From: Malacoraja senta
Lineage: Eukaryota
DNA: 64,000 nt
Reading direction: 5' to 3'
Assembly: GCA_038087875.1 (NCBI GenBank)
Contig: CM075988.1
Location: 19,780,001-19,844,000, forward strand
Position 1 is the first letter of the stretch, and each line of letters begins with the position of its first letter. Below are positions 22,901-36,965 of this stretch, one piece after another. The translations under genes and the position numbers were made by a program. The notes under the pieces were generated by a model, which ran no database searches, was not told the DNA's origin, and saw only the letters and a program-made list of their open reading frames with translations.

Positions 22901-25370
22901 ATGTACGTCTGTACTGGTAAATCTAATGAATTAAGCATTGAGGGATACAGTTCATTTTCAGGCAAGTTGGCCCATCAAGTTCACACTGACCACTTGGAAC
23001 ACCTTTACATTATCCTACATAAATCCCATGTTCTACTCTCCACATTTCCCATCTACTATCCCAAGGTTCTGCCACTCACCTGCACACCCTACACCCCAGT
23101 AACATCGCACCACACGGCCTCACTACAGCACACTGCACCGAGCTTCTCGCCTTCTAATTTGTCAATGAAAGAGCCACAGATAGATCGAACACTCCAGTGA
23201 ACCAGTTGTCTTAAGCCATCTAAACAATTCAATGATCCTACTCCAAGCAACTCTCTACTGATGGTGATTAGAAACCGTTGACCTAAAGCCAATAAACTGC
23301 TGAAAAAACGATTTGAAGACACTGAGAAACCTCAATGGGTCAGGCAGCAGCTGTGGAGAGAGATAGAGTTATCGTCAGGGGATGTCCCAAGCCTCCTTGT
23401 TTTTTAAAGCACTGTCGGAGTGGTGCGGCTGCTAAATTGGGACCAGCCTTCACACTGGGACACCTCCTGTGATCTCAACCTTTGGCTTCTCATATTGTGC
23501 TGATTTTCCATCCACTTCATAAAGTCATACTGATTAGTAACAGGCTCTTCGGCCCAACTGGCCCATGCCGACCAAGATGCTCCGCTGCGTTCATCCCATT
23601 TGCTTGCATTTGCCCATATCCCTCAACCTTTCCTATCCATATACCTAGCCAAATGTCTTTTAAATGTTGATCATGTACTTCATAGCGGTTTTCATCGTAC
23701 TTTGACCCACGACTCCATCTGCCGATTCCATTCTTTCTCCAAATACTCCCACTTACCCAATCTTCAATTCCTTCATTGTCTGAACATCTATGTAGTTTAG
23801 CTTTAATCCATTCAGTAACTAGGCATGTTTCCTTTGTCACCAAGATAGTGTACAATTCTCGAGGCCACTATAAAATTGCAGCGAGTTGTTCTTTCTCTGC
23901 ATTCCAACTCAATAATTCCGTCAGCTCCTTCACCTCCCAAATAAAACTACCTATGCAGGTAGTGCAATAATTTGTCCAAGTGGTCAATGAATTATTAAAT
24001 TAAGAAAAGTAAATAGATTTATTACTCAACTGTACACATTCCCTCGGATAGCAGACTGCAGGAGGAAGAGTAAATCCATGGGAAGTTACCAAGATTACTC
24101 AAATGTCTGAGGCAGGACTTGAACCTACAACTTTCTTTCTCTGAGGCAGAGTACTACCTACTAGGGCACGGCTGACACATGAAGCTGGCTACTTCAACCC
24201 TGCAACAGTGCTTGAGCCTTAATCAGCCTGGAATTGTGTTAGATATATTTTTATTTTTGTTTTAGTTTGTGGATAACAGATTTTGCTCATCAGAATCACA
24301 CGCTTAACATTGAATTCCCCTGAAGCCAATTGCAAATTTGGACTTAATTACTGCGGGTTTACAGAAAGGCAAATATTTTCAGGCTCTTCTATGATCATTG
24401 TCTTACAGCCTTTCTGGCCATCATTTTAACTAACAAACCCACAAGGGAATGGGCAGAATGATGAGGAAATGGCCTATGTAGCACAATGTTTGAGTTTACA
24501 TCAATAAAACGAATGATAAAAGGAATTATGCAAATACACCAACGTCAAGTCACAACGGGCTCAAGAAAATGAACATGTTCCAATTTCTTTATTTCATGCA
24601 ATCATCATAGCCTAAGATGAAAATGGCAATCTTAAAACTAAAATATAAATCCAGAATATTAGATTTGTAAATACCAGTATCAGGCATGACTAATGATATC
24701 ACTTAAATTCCTAATTAAACTGAAGCAGTGTATTCATTCTACATTGCTCATTGTTTCCCATACAAAATGAAATCTCAAGTACAGTGGTTCATGAGCCCAT
24801 GCATTTTTAATATTTAATAGAATTTTTTTTAATGCTTTCTCTCTGCAAGACTTATTCATGTTCCGTTCAAATTCCAATCAACATTCAATGACAGATTAGG
24901 AAAAAAAAAATCAAAAAAATTTAAACTATTTTTACGCTAAATTGGAATCCTTAATATGCAATTCCTCCTACTAATGTGAAGATTTAACCTTCCATGTTCA
25001 TTACTTTTAACATGTTTAATAAAGGAATTCAGAGTCTTGTCAATGACGTTGACCTACTATCTCCAGGAGTCCAATTAAGACCACAACCACTTTGGTCCTG
25101 CAAAGAATCCATTCAATCCTCAGAAGTCAAATTAAGGGAATACAATAACTGTACTTAAACTGCTGAGCGTACATTACTAAAATCATCATTTAGGGCATGT
25201 GGAAATCAACCTGTCGACTGTCTATGAGGTTTGATGGCCTATTATTCTGTGCAAAGACCCATTCAGTTTATTTAACTCCACATGAATTCAAACGATGACC
25301 AGCTTATTACAGATGAATATTTATCAATCAACACTTTCACCGTGCATACTTGTATATCAATCTCTTCTGC

Positions 25371-25559
25371 GTGTACGAAGGAACTGCAGATGCTGTTTAC
25401 ACTGAAGATGGGCACACAATGCTGGAGTAACTCAGCGAGACATGCAGCATCTCTGGATAGAAGGGATGGGTGAAGTTTTGGGACGACCCGAAATGCCACC
25501 GATTCCTTCCATCCTGAGATGCTGCCTGTCCCGCTGAGTTACTCCAGCATTTTGTGTCT
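25371..25559. mobile_element. Palindromic (inverted) Penelope pLTR insertion
   Basis: Inverted arms ATGCTGGAGTAACTCAGCG...CGCTGAGTTACTCCAGCAT; perfect 12-bp TSD AATCTCTTCTGC. Confidence 0.8.
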
Positions 25560-27189
25560 AATCTCTTCTGCTTGCCACCCTAAAACCGTTCCAGTTGTCT
25601 TTCTCGCTTTCTCTTAAGTTTACAAGCTGACAGCCTGGAAATTCTGACACAGAGTTCTGTTTTATCTCAGAGTCACATGCCCACTTCCATACAATGCTTT
25701 TTTATGGAGCTGAGCACAATTCTGACCACACCTGAGTCAACTGACAACCTCAGATGTTTGATAGGACATTTCTTCCACTTCTTGTTCCCAGGATAGATTA
25801 TTCTAAAACTAGATGGCATGAGCTTCAGGTGAGAGGCGAGAGATTTAACAGGGAGCTCAGGGACAACATTTTCACTCAGACCATAGTCCATATCTGGAAT
25901 GAGCTGCGAGTGGAAGCAATAGAAGTGGATACGATTATGACTTTTGAAAAGACTTTTGGACAGATATATGGATAGGAAGGGTTTAGAGGATAGGGGACAT
26001 GTGCAGGCAAATGGGACGAGCCCAGTACACCAATTTAGTCGGCATGAACAAGGTGGGCCGAAGGTCCTGTTTTGTGCAGTATAGCTCTATAACTATCAGT
26101 CACACATATGTTGACATAATTCCCAGTACAATTTTTCTTTAGAGTCTAGACCTGGGAAACCAGGACCATGTACAATTTAAGAGAGCCTCCTTGTGCAGGA
26201 ATTTGTCCTGGTTAGGCTTCATCTCAGCTCACTTGAAACCTCAGCCCTCCCCTGCAGTCTCTTCCTCCAGATCAAAACACTTCCCTCCCCGGCCCCAGCT
26301 CCCATCTCACAAAATACCGCCCGTCCATTCCCTCCACAGATGCTCCACAGATGTTAATTGGCTGCTGTAAATTGCCAGTTGGGTAAGCAGCAAAAAAATA
26401 TCAAGGCTGAGTGAGGGACATGTGGGAGTGAATAAGTTTCTGAGCTACAGGGAAACCAGGAAAGGATACATAGGATTGATGGGATTGCACCTCAACCTCT
26501 CACTCAAATCCTGACAACATCCTCGTGAATCTTCTCTATCCTCTTTCCAGCTTAATGACATCTTTCATACAGCTGGCTGTGCAAACCTGAACATAATACT
26601 CCATCTCTTGATACATCTCTTGCATTTCTACTCTCTCTGTATCTCTAAAACCCCAGAGATGGTTTATTTTTATTGTGTGGAACGCACAGTAAAGCAAACT
26701 GGTTAGCAATTTTACCAATGATTTCAAGCAACTCAGAATTAGCTAAATGAGAAGCAATAGAGGGCGATTAATTTTACGCAATGCATATTGACAACCCTTC
26801 AGTTTCATTTACTTCAATATTTCAAGTTGTTTTCTAAATCATTGTGTACGAGGAACAGAAGTAGCCAGTCCAGTCCCTCGAGCCGTTCAATTCAATTAGA
26901 TCAAGGCTGATCTGTACCTCAAATACATTTGCCAGCCTTTGCTCCATTTCCCCTGACAGAGAATAACCACACAAAAATCTGTCAGTCTTTCTCCTCAACA
27001 CCCCAATCGTATGCCGGCAAACATGGCTGTTTGGGAATAAATTAGTTCCAGATTTCCTCTATTATATTTGCAAGAAAACTCTGGATATCTCCTCTCATCG
27101 CAAGGTCAATGGCAGAGACTGATATTACAGGAATTATCTGTAGAAGATAGTGTTGACAGTCTGAAGCTGATCTCATTACCAGATAGGGC

Positions 27190-27830
27190 ACAGAACATGG
27201 ATCAGTACAGCACAGTAACAGGCCCTTCGGCCAACAATGTCAGTGCTGAGCACGGTAAAAAGTTAAACTAATCATTTCTGCCTGCACATGATCCATATCC
27301 CTCCATTCCCTGCTTATCCATTTGCCTATCTAAAAGCCACCTAAATACCACTATTGTATCTGCCACAACCACCACCCCTGGCAGTGCGTGCCAGGCACCC
27401 ACCACCCTCTGTATAAATCACTTGCCCTGATCATCTCCTTTAAACTTTGCTCCTCTCACCCATAAAGCTATAGTCTTTGATGTTTCCACCCTGGAAAATG
27501 GTTCTGACTGCTTACCCTATCTATGCTTCTCATCATTTTAAATACTTCTATCAGGTCCCCCCTCAACCTCCAAAGTTCTAGAGAAAACAATCCAAGTCTG
27601 GCCAACTCTACCAAGAGCTAACCCAGGCCAAAGTCTGGCAAACCTTTTCTGCACCCTCTGCAAAGCCTCCAGATCCTTCTTGTAATGGGGCGACCAGTTC
27701 TGCACACAATACTCCGAATGTGGCCTAACAAAGTCCTGTAAAACTGCAACAGAACTTCCTGACTCTTATAGTTATTGTTACCAATGGATAAAGGCAAGCA
27801 TACCATACGCTTTCTTTACAACCTTACAAC
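27190..27830 (-). mobile_element. CR1 LINE fragment (continues past the SINE to ~28200)
   Basis: Minus-strand CR1 ORF2 C-terminus remnants and 3' UTR. Confidence 0.82.
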
Positions 27831-27835
27831 TTATG

Positions 27836-28125
27836 GACAGCACAGTGGCACAGCAGTAGAGTTACTGCCTTACAGTAGTTGCAGCACCGGAGACCCGGGT
27901 TCGATCCCGACTACAGGTGCTGCCTGAACGGTGTTTGTACGTTCTCCCCGTGACATGCGTGGGTTTTTCTCCGAGATCTTCGGTTTCCTCCCACAATGGC
28001 TTGGTAAATGTAAAAGTCCCTAGTGTGTGTAGGATAGTGTTCATGTGTGGGAATTGCTGGTTGGCGTGGACTTGGTGAGCCAAAGGGTCTGTTTCCGCGT
28101 TGTATCTCTAAACTAACCTAAACTA
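27836..28125 (+). mobile_element. HE1/V-type tRNA SINE
   Basis: A box TGGCACAGCAG, B box GGTTCGATCCC, V domain, (CTAAA)n tail. Confidence 0.9.
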
Positions 28126-28881
28126 TCTATTTGTGTTGCCACTTTCAAGGAGCGGTGGACTTGGACTCCAAGGTCCCTCTGTACATTAATGCCTTAAGGG
28201 TCATGACCAGCCATGCTTTGTCCTGCAGCTCTGCTCTTCCAGCCTTCTTGATTCCCCCCACCCCCCCCTCCCCCTCCCCCATCCTTGCAAGCCCAAAACG
28301 TCACCTAACTATGCTCTCCGGGGATACTGCCTGACCCGCTGAGTTACTCCAGTATTTTATGTCTTTCCTTGGTAAGCTTCCTTGTTTCGAAGCTTTTCAT
28401 TTTCATTCCTATCAGGCAAATAAGCTGGTAGAACTCTGGAACAAGAATTAACTTCACCGTCGAAATATGAAGTGATAAAGAAGAATTAAATCTCTCTGAG
28501 CACAACTGGATTTCTGCAACTTGTGACTTGACATTAATCAGTTGCATATTATATGTAGCCACCACTATCTTCATAATCCCTTTCAGCTATGGTTCACCAG
28601 AGAACGCGCATCTGAAGTGAGCAAAAACCAATTCCATTAATTGAGTCATTCTGTGTTTCGGTGAAAAACCAGCTTTCACAGTCAGACCTGATAATACATG
28701 GTGGAAATATTTTTTTTTAAAAGCTCAAAAAATACCTTGCGTTCTAGCACAGATCATTTCCATTGGCTACTGAAAAGGAAGCTGGTGAGCATTTGGAGTA
28801 TTGTGTGCAGTTTTGGTCACTCCATGGTTGTGGAGGCTTTGTAAATGGTGCAGAAGCAGTTTGCCAGGATGTTGTTTGCAT

Positions 28882-29640
28882 TGAATCAGAATCATACTTT
28901 ATTCACCAAGTATGTTTTGCAACATATGAGGAATTTCATTTGCCAGGTCAGTCATACAATTAAAAGCAACAGATCACTCAAAAACACATTTTAACATGAA
29001 CATCCACCACAGTGACTCCTACACATTCCTCACTGTGATGGAAGGCGAAATAAAGTTCAAGTCCCTTCACTTAGTCCTTCCTCGGTCGTGGGCCTCGAAC
29101 CCCCCGTTGACGGGACGATCTTGACTCCCGTAGCCGGCGGCGTTCGGGCCCTCCGCGTCGAGGCGATCAGCTCCCGCATCGGGGGGATGTCAGCTCCCCC
29201 GCGCCGGGCGATCGAACCTCGCGTCGGGGCTGGTCGAACCTTCCGCGACATTGGAGCTTCCCGACTAGCCTCTCCCGAAGAATGCGAGCTTTTGACGGTA
29301 AGTCCGCGGTGGTCACGGTGGGAGCGATCCCAGACAAGGGATCAGCTCTGATGTTAAGTCCTCACCCCGCGATAGGGCTCAAAGTCAGTCCGAGGAGGCC
29401 TCCAGCTCCATCGATGGAAGGCCGCAGAGCGCCCGGAGAATGTGATCCGAAAATTAATCACATCTCCGGCAAGGTAAGAACTTGAAAAAAAGTTTCTCCC
29501 GATCCCCTCCCCCCTCCCCCACATAAAAACAAATCAAAGAATATTAAAACAAACTTTAACACACTAAAAAAGAACAAAAAGAATGAAAAAACAAACAGAC
29601 TGCCGGCAGGGCAGCCATCGCCCCGGCGCCCCTGGTGGCA
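28882..29640 (-). mobile_element. CpG-rich non-coding retroposon, copy 3
   Basis: Shares CACTGTGATGGAAGGC block and CAGACTG..GCAGCCATCG..GGCGCC head; different tail repeat. Confidence 0.7.
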
Positions 29641-29759
29641 TTGGAGGCATATAAGGAGAGGTTGGACAGACTTGGATTGTTTTCCCTGGAATGAGGGGAG
29701 ATCTGATGAAATATTTAAAATTTTGAGAAACATAGATAGGGTGGACAGTCAGAACTTGA

Positions 29760-30330
29760 CAAATCATCCTCTATGATAATCCTCCACACTGAAGCCCCGC
29801 AAGGATGTGTTCTCAAGCCCCTGCTATATTCCTTATACACTCATGACAAAACCAAATACCAATCCAACTCAATTCACAGGTTGAAGATAGACATAAAATG
29901 CTGGAGTAACTCAGCGGGACAGGCAGCATCTCTGGAGAGAAGGAATGGGTGACGTCGCGGGTCGAGACCCTTCTTCAGACTGGTGTCAGGGGAGTGGGCG
30001 GTTTTCCTTCCTACTCAATTTACAGGTTTGCAGACAATACCACCGTAGTGGGCTGGAGATCAAATAATGACGGGTCGGAGTTAAGGAAGGAGATTGAGAA
30101 CCTCGTAACCTGGTGCCGGGACAACAACCTCTCTCTCAATGCCAGCAAGACAAAGGAGATTGTGATGACTCAGCAAGTGCAGCAGCACACACACCCCGGT
30201 GTACATTGATGCTGTTGAATTAGAGCCTCACCAACTTCTACAGATGCGCTATAGAAAGCATTTTATCGGGATGCATCTCAGCATGGTTTGGGAGAAGGTC
30301 CATGCAAGACTGCAATAAATTGCAGAGTGA
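29760..30330 (+). mobile_element. Rex1/Babar-type LINE RT relic with a Penelope pLTR inserted at ~29883-30012
   Basis: PQGCVL.PLLYSLYTHD and RFADNTTVVG...LVTWCRDNNLSLNASKTKEIV. The insertion is flanked by a 16-bp duplication (29867-29882, 30013-30028; 1 mismatch). Confidence 0.85.
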
Positions 30331-31184
30331 CTTTTGGCCTCCCAAAGCAAGCAGCTTTATAAATTCTTCCAGGTCCAATGGTGCAATATTTAGTTTATCA
30401 AGAGGATCAATCAATTTTGGCTTTAAATGCGTCCTGGAATTAATCCTCATAATGGTGGCGGTACACTAATGATTTAATTGTTATCACTGAATTAAACTGA
30501 ATTTTTTTTATTTCACTTCTTCTAATTGTCCTTATGTCCGACTACTCAGAGCTCCCATGTTGTAACAATTAAAATTAATGATCTTTTTATCCCCGTTACC
30601 TCAATTTTAAAAAAACAACCACCAAGAAAGAAGGTATTTCAGAGCTCTGAATGTAATAGCTTTTTGAATTATGCCTTTGAGAACAAAATTGACCAGTTTA
30701 AAATTAGAATGTCCAGTACTCACATACAAGAGATTAATATTGCCCTGGGTTCTTAGGCTTAATTAAATGAGATCCATGCCTTGATGGAAACTTAATTTAT
30801 TACACTATATGTTACTTTTTCCATGGAAAAGGTCAGTGGTGAAGCCAACCTCAATAAAACATAGGCCTTCAGTTTCTTCAGCACTGTTATCGCAAATCTC
30901 CCTCGCAGATGCAAATTACAATCCTCTCAATCTGCCTCATCCATTGTCAAACATACAGAATATCAATTGTCTTCTGGACAATCCTAAAATAGATAGTCGA
31001 GCAATGGTTTACGGCCATGAACAACTGGAGTAGATTGTATTCTTGGTGTGTGCGCTTGAAACATAACTACTCCTGAAGAGGCCAGATTGGAGATGTCTGA
31101 TGGATCATACTCCTCCACGGACACTTCTGGGGGCATCATGGCAGCAGAGGAACAAGAGGAGCACTTTCAGACCATGAAGACTGT

Positions 31185-32080
31185 TAGAGTCATATTGCAT
31201 GCAAATAGGCCCTTAGCCCAACTCGTCCATGCTAACCAAGATGCCCTGTTGCTCAGGCTGGACTCATTGGCCCATGTTTGGCCCATATCCCTCTAAAACT
31301 TCCCAATCCATATACCTGCCCAATTGACTTTTAAATGTTGTCAGTAGCACCAGCCTCAATCCCTTCTTCTGGCAGCTCTTTCCATATACCCACCATCCAC
31401 TGTGTGAGAAAGTTGTCCCTCAGATTCTCATTAAATCTTTACCCTCTCACTTTAAATGTATGTGCTCTAGTTCCTGATTCCCCTACCCTGTGACAAAGAC
31501 TCTGAGCATTCACCCAATCTATTCCCCTCATGGTTTTATACACTCTATGAGATCACCCCTCAGCCTCCTGTGCTCTAAGGAAAAAAAGTTCTAACCTGCC
31601 CAACCTCTCCCTATATCTCAGGCCTTTTTAGTTTAGTTTAGATTTGAGATACAGCGTGGAAACAGGCCCTTCGGCCCACCGGGTCCATGCCGACCAGTGA
31701 TCCCCACACATTAACACTATCCTACACACACTAGGGACAATTTTTTACATTTACCAAGCCAATTAACCTGCAAACCTGTACGTCTTTGGAGTGAGGGAGG
31801 AAACCAAAGATCTCGGAGAAAACCCACGCAGGTCACGGTGAGAACGTACAAACTCCGTACAGACAGCACCCGTAGTCGGGATCTAACCTGGGTCTCCGGT
31901 GTTGCATTTCGCTGTAAGGCAGCAACTCTACCGCTGCGCCACCATGACCGCCGTGACACTCCAGGCAACATCCCCGTAAACCTTCTCTCTGCACACTATC
32001 CAGCTAAATGGCATATTTCCTGTCGCTGCGCAACCAAAACTGAAGATAATCATTCAAATACTGCCTCATCAGTACCTTGA
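31185..32080 (-). mobile_element. CR1 LINE fragment interrupted by a SINE
   Basis: CR1 3' UTR and RGDL..VYK remnants either side of the SINE at 31626-31952. Confidence 0.8.
31626..31952 (-). mobile_element. HE1/V-type tRNA SINE
   Basis: Full-length, well-preserved copy with (TTTAG)n tail. Confidence 0.9.
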
Positions 32081-32464
32081 ATAACTGTTCTGCCATTCTA
32101 TTTGCTTGTGACTGATAAAAAACATGTCTCCTTCACTGCTTTTTCTCCATTGCCAGTAACATCACCCAAAATAAAGATGCTGGTCTCATGCATGAAATTC
32201 CTATTGACCACATCCACGGTGTGCCAGGACACAGCTTCAGAAGTTGTAACGGAAAGTGTTGGAAATACACAACTTGCCAGGAAGCACCTGTGGAGGGATA
32301 AGCAAAGTTAATGTTTCAGATCAATAACCCTTCATGGAAACTGCATGAGATATCATAGGTCGGAAATGGGTTTTATGTTTTCAGGGATTGAGGGTTGGAG
32401 GGAGAGGAAAGAATCAAAATAGAATCTCTCTGTTAGGGTGTGTAAAGGATTGCTGTGGAAGGTG

Positions 32465-32985
32465 GAACAGTGCAGCATAAGAAAAGCTTATTTGGCCCAC
32501 AATGTCCATCTGAACATGATACCTGGTTAAACTGATCTTCTCTGCCTGCACGTGATCCATATCCCTCCATTCCCTGCATTCCCATGTGCCCGACTAATAG
32601 TCTTAAAGCCACTGTTGTATCTGCCTCCACCCTTACCCTGGGTACTTCATTCCAAAACCCTCTATGTAAAAAAAACTTGCCCCATACATCCCCCTTAAAC
32701 TTTCTACCTCACCTTAAAGCTATCCATCTAGTCTTTGAGATTTCCGCACTGTGAAAAAGGCTCCGACTCTCTCCCCAATCTATGCCTCTCATAATTTTAT
32801 GCACTTCTATCAGGTCTCCCCTCAATCTCTGCTTCTCCAGAGAAAACAGCCTAAATTTGTCCAACCATTTTTGCTACCACCCACCAATTAAGTCAGCATT
32901 CTGGCTAACCTCTTCTGCACCCTCTCTATAAAGCTTCCACATTCTTCCTGTAATGGGTCAATCATAACTGCAGAATACTCCAAAT
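32465..32985 (-). mobile_element. CR1 LINE fragment
   Basis: Same 3' end as other copies (CCATATCCCTCCATTCCCTGCAT block). Confidence 0.8.
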
Positions 32986-34309
32986 ATAGACTCAAAATGC
33001 TGGAGTAACTCAGCGGGTCAGGCAGCATCTCCGGAGAAAATAAATAAATGATGTTTCGGGTCGAGACCCTTCTTCAGACCCCTGAAGAATATTCCACATT
33101 TTTAATTGAGCTATAGACAACAGGCGGAAGAGATACAAAATCCCTTTGTTCCTGCACAGCTCCAAGGATTTCTTAATGAGATGTTCTGATTTATCTTTCT
33201 TAAATCCAAAATTATGCCTTAATGCTTTACATTACATTGCAGGTATAACGTTTTAGCTCAATGAGCAGAGATACCACTCATGAGCAGAACATTAAGAAAT
33301 ATTCAACTGCAACCTGAACAACTTGGGTGAAAAAATTGATTTGTACATCGAAGCCTTGACCGTGATGGAGATCCCTTGGGTTCATTCTTTGTCATATCCC
33401 ATCAATCAGATAACATTCTTTTTATCATTACTCCATTTCCTGACTTCCAACCAATTACCCAACCCATGAGCTGATGGCACTTGAAAAATTTGTCATCAAA
33501 GGAGTTTTTACTTTGATCCAAAAACTTCAAACAGGTTGATCCCAAAACGTGAAGGATTAACCATCGTCTTGAAGTGAGCTCTGAGGCAATGCTCTACTTT
33601 GGCTGACAGCTTGCTGTGAAGTGCGGATGGTTAAAATGTGTTTGAAGTTTCTCTAGGCCTTTGAGAAGAGTTTAGGGAGAGGGAAGGAAGGGCCAGGCGA
33701 AAGTTAAATGCTGGGAGCTCCAGCTGAGCAGAGGCAGCCAGTCAACGGCAGCGGTGAGAGCACTCGGGATGTGAGTCCAAGGATTGCCATATGTTGAGGT
33801 GCTGAGGCAATCCTGAGAGGAAGGCGGTCATGATATTCTTACTGATATCGATGCACTGCACGAAATCAGTCAAAAGAGCAAAGGAAGTGCGGCACACTTT
33901 CGCAAACTATTCACCTTTGTTATTTCCAGATTAAATGCCACTGAATCAAATGGCACAAAAACGGGCCCTTCAACCCAACTCGTCCATGCCAATCAAGTCG
34001 TCCCATCTAAGCTACTCCCATTTGCCCACGCCTGGCCATATCCCTCAAACATTCCCCATCCATGCACCTGTCCAAATGTCTTTTAAATGTTGTTATTACA
34101 CCTGCCTCAACTTGTTCCTCTGGCACTATGTCACAAAGTAATGACTGAATCTTCCATGGTCATTCAAGGCAAGATTGACAGTTTGGCTCCTACACTGTGT
34201 CTCGTGCACATGACTGTTTTAACATGTTCGCACATTTTATAATGTAAACTTTTCTGCACTGCATGGTTGCAGTTAAAGGGATATCATAGTTATACAACAT
34301 GCCTGAAAC

Positions 34310-34610
34310 GGGGCAGCACAATGGCACAGCTGGTAGAGCTGCTGCCCCACAGCACCAGAGACCTGGGTTTGATCCTGAACTCAGGTGCTGTCTACGTTGA
34401 GCTTGCACATTCTCATGTGATTGCATGGGTTTGCTCCTGATGCTCCAGTTTCCGCCCACACCCTGAAGGCGTGCTGGCTTGTAGGTGAATAGGCCTCTGC
34501 ACATTGCCCCTAGTGTGTAGGGAGTGGAGCGAAAGTGGATAACATAGAACATGTGTGAACGGGTGATCAATGGTCAGCGTGGACTTGGAGTGCTGAAGGA
34601 CCTGTCTTTC
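34310..34610 (+). mobile_element. HE1/V-type tRNA SINE (diverged)
   Basis: A/B boxes and V-domain block. Similar diverged copies at 19450-19690 (-), 35025-35320 (-), 54965-55345 (+), 55780-56045 (+). Confidence 0.8.
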
Positions 34611-36034
34611 AAACAAAAATATTTGATCTTCCATTCGCCGATCAAATGCCGAAGGAATATGGAATAAAAACGAGTGTCTCTGTCTGTCAGACATCAGGGG
34701 AGATCGCTCCCATAAACATGCCGGCCACCCAAAGGAGGAACTGCACTTCATGCATCTATCCAAGATAAGCCTGAAGGTCATTGCAGACAATCGCGGTGAC
34801 CTTGACAAGGCGCCAATTAGCACGGGATGATGCTGGCAGAGGGTTTGCTGCAAAGTCACTAAGTGAGAAGTTGGCAACCTACACAGGGGAGGGAGATTTC
34901 CACCAATTCAGCGAGGGATTAATCCCACACTGTTGTCACCCTTAGAAAAATGCCACATTACTTTCAACCTTCCCATGGCTGAGTTCCAAGAAATCATAGA
35001 TCAGTGTAGTACTCGGCTTGATTCATTGAAAATACACCATTGAAACAGACCCTTCAGCCCACCGAATCCATGCTGACCATCGATCACCCTAGTACTGTGT
35101 TATCTCACTTTCTCATCCACTCCATACACAATCTACAGCAGCCAATTAATCTGCAAACCCGCACGTCTTTGGGACATGGAAGGAAACTGGAGCACCTTGA
35201 GGAAACCCACGTGGTCACAGGGAGAACATGCAAACTCTATAGACACAGAACGAGATCAAGATTGCACCCGGGTCTCTGGTGCTGTGAGGCAGCAGCTCTA
35301 CCAGCTATGCAACAGTGCCCCTCTGCAGTCACTTTAATTCCTCATTAAACTCAGCGCAGAAAGTACAAGTAACTGCTCAGCACAAGAGGAGGGTGACTTC
35401 TCCTGCTCCATAGTGTCAAATCATTTGTAGGAATTCTTAAAGAGGAGACACAAGGAACTGCAGATGCGGGAATCTTGAGCAAAACACAAAGTGCTGGAGG
35501 AACTCAGTGGGTCTGGCAGCATCTATGGAGGTAATGGACAGATGATGTTTCAAGTTGAGACCTTTCATCACAATCTGTTATTTTTTAATCCTTATTCTGC
35601 CAGCTGAATATTACTCTCTGGATTCCTCATTCTGCATTTGTTTGGACTCTTGCTCATCCACTTTCAATCTTTCTAATGTATTCCCTCAAAGGATGTGAAC
35701 ACCATTGGCAACGCCAACATTTATTGTCCTTCCCTTATTACCCCTGCATTGAAGACAGAGTTAAGAGTCAGGGGGTCAGAAGACAAATGTCAGAGCAGGT
35801 AAAGACAGCAAAGCCCCTTCACTGAGGCAGCTGGGTTTTTATGACAAACTGGTAATTTATTGGTTACCTGAATTGCAGGTGGAATTACTGAAATAAGACT
35901 TTAATTTAAAGTTTCAAATTTAGTTTTTTATTACGTGAGCATAAATCGAACTGCATACATGTAACCAATAGTTCACTCTGACTATGAAGGCAGTAATTTA
36001 ACTATTAAACAACTGCACCCCAATCCCTCGCATT

Positions 36035-36317
36035 GCACGGTGGCGCAGCGCTTGCAGCACCGCGGACCCAGGTTCGATTCAGACTATGGGTGCTCTCTGT
36101 ACGGAGTTTGTACGTGACCGCATGGGTTTTCTGTGAGATCTTCGGTTTCCTTCCACACTCTAAAGACGTACAGGTGTGTAGGTATATTGGCTTGGTAAAT
36201 GTAAAAATTGGCCCTAGTGTGCATAGGATAATGTTAATATAGCGGGGATCGCTGGTCGGCGTGGACTCAGTGGGCCGAATGGTCTATTTCCGTGCAGTAT
36301 CACTAAATTAAACTAAA
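36035..36317 (+). mobile_element. HE1/V-type tRNA SINE
   Basis: TGGCGCAGCG A box, GGTTCGATTC B box, V domain. Confidence 0.85.
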
Positions 36318-36429
36318 AATGTCACTGTTTCTTTCTCATTGGTTACATCATGTTGTTTGAGGAGATGGATCATTGGACTTGGTGTCCACCAAGATCCCAG
36401 AGGCTGTGTTAATCTGCACTTCCAAAAAC

Positions 36430-36965
36430 GTGCAAAAATAGAGAGGTAAAGAAGGCATATTGTATGCACGCTTTCATCAGTTGAGGCATTGAGTATTAGT
36501 CAGTTTTAGCAATACATTTGATGTATTGTATGCAGTTCTGATTGCTCAACACTGGAAGAATGTGGAAGCTTTGGAGAGGGTGCAGAATAGGTTTACCAGG
36601 ATGATGTCTTCATTGGAGTATATTAGATATAAGGAGAGGTTGGACTAACTTGGATTATTTTCTCTGGGGTGCCAGAGTTTGAAGGGAGACCTGACTAAAG
36701 GACATCGTTTTAAGATCAGATCAGAGGGGAAAGTATATAGATGTGCAGGGCAACTTTATTTTAACACAGAAGGTTGTGGAACACACTGCCAGGAGTGGTG
36801 GTGGAGGCAGTTTGTTTCTTTTAGATAGGCACACAGGATATGCAGGGAATGGAGCAGTAAGCAGGGAATGGAAGTAGAAAAAAATAGTTTGTCTTGGCAT
36901 CATGTTCGGTGCAGGCACATGTGTGGAGCAGGACCTGTTCATGTGCTGCACTGTTCTATGTTCTA
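36430..36965 (+). mobile_element. CR1 LINE fragment
   Basis: LERVQNRFTRMM..YKERL..GDL remnants; (TTCTATG)n tail. Confidence 0.78.
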
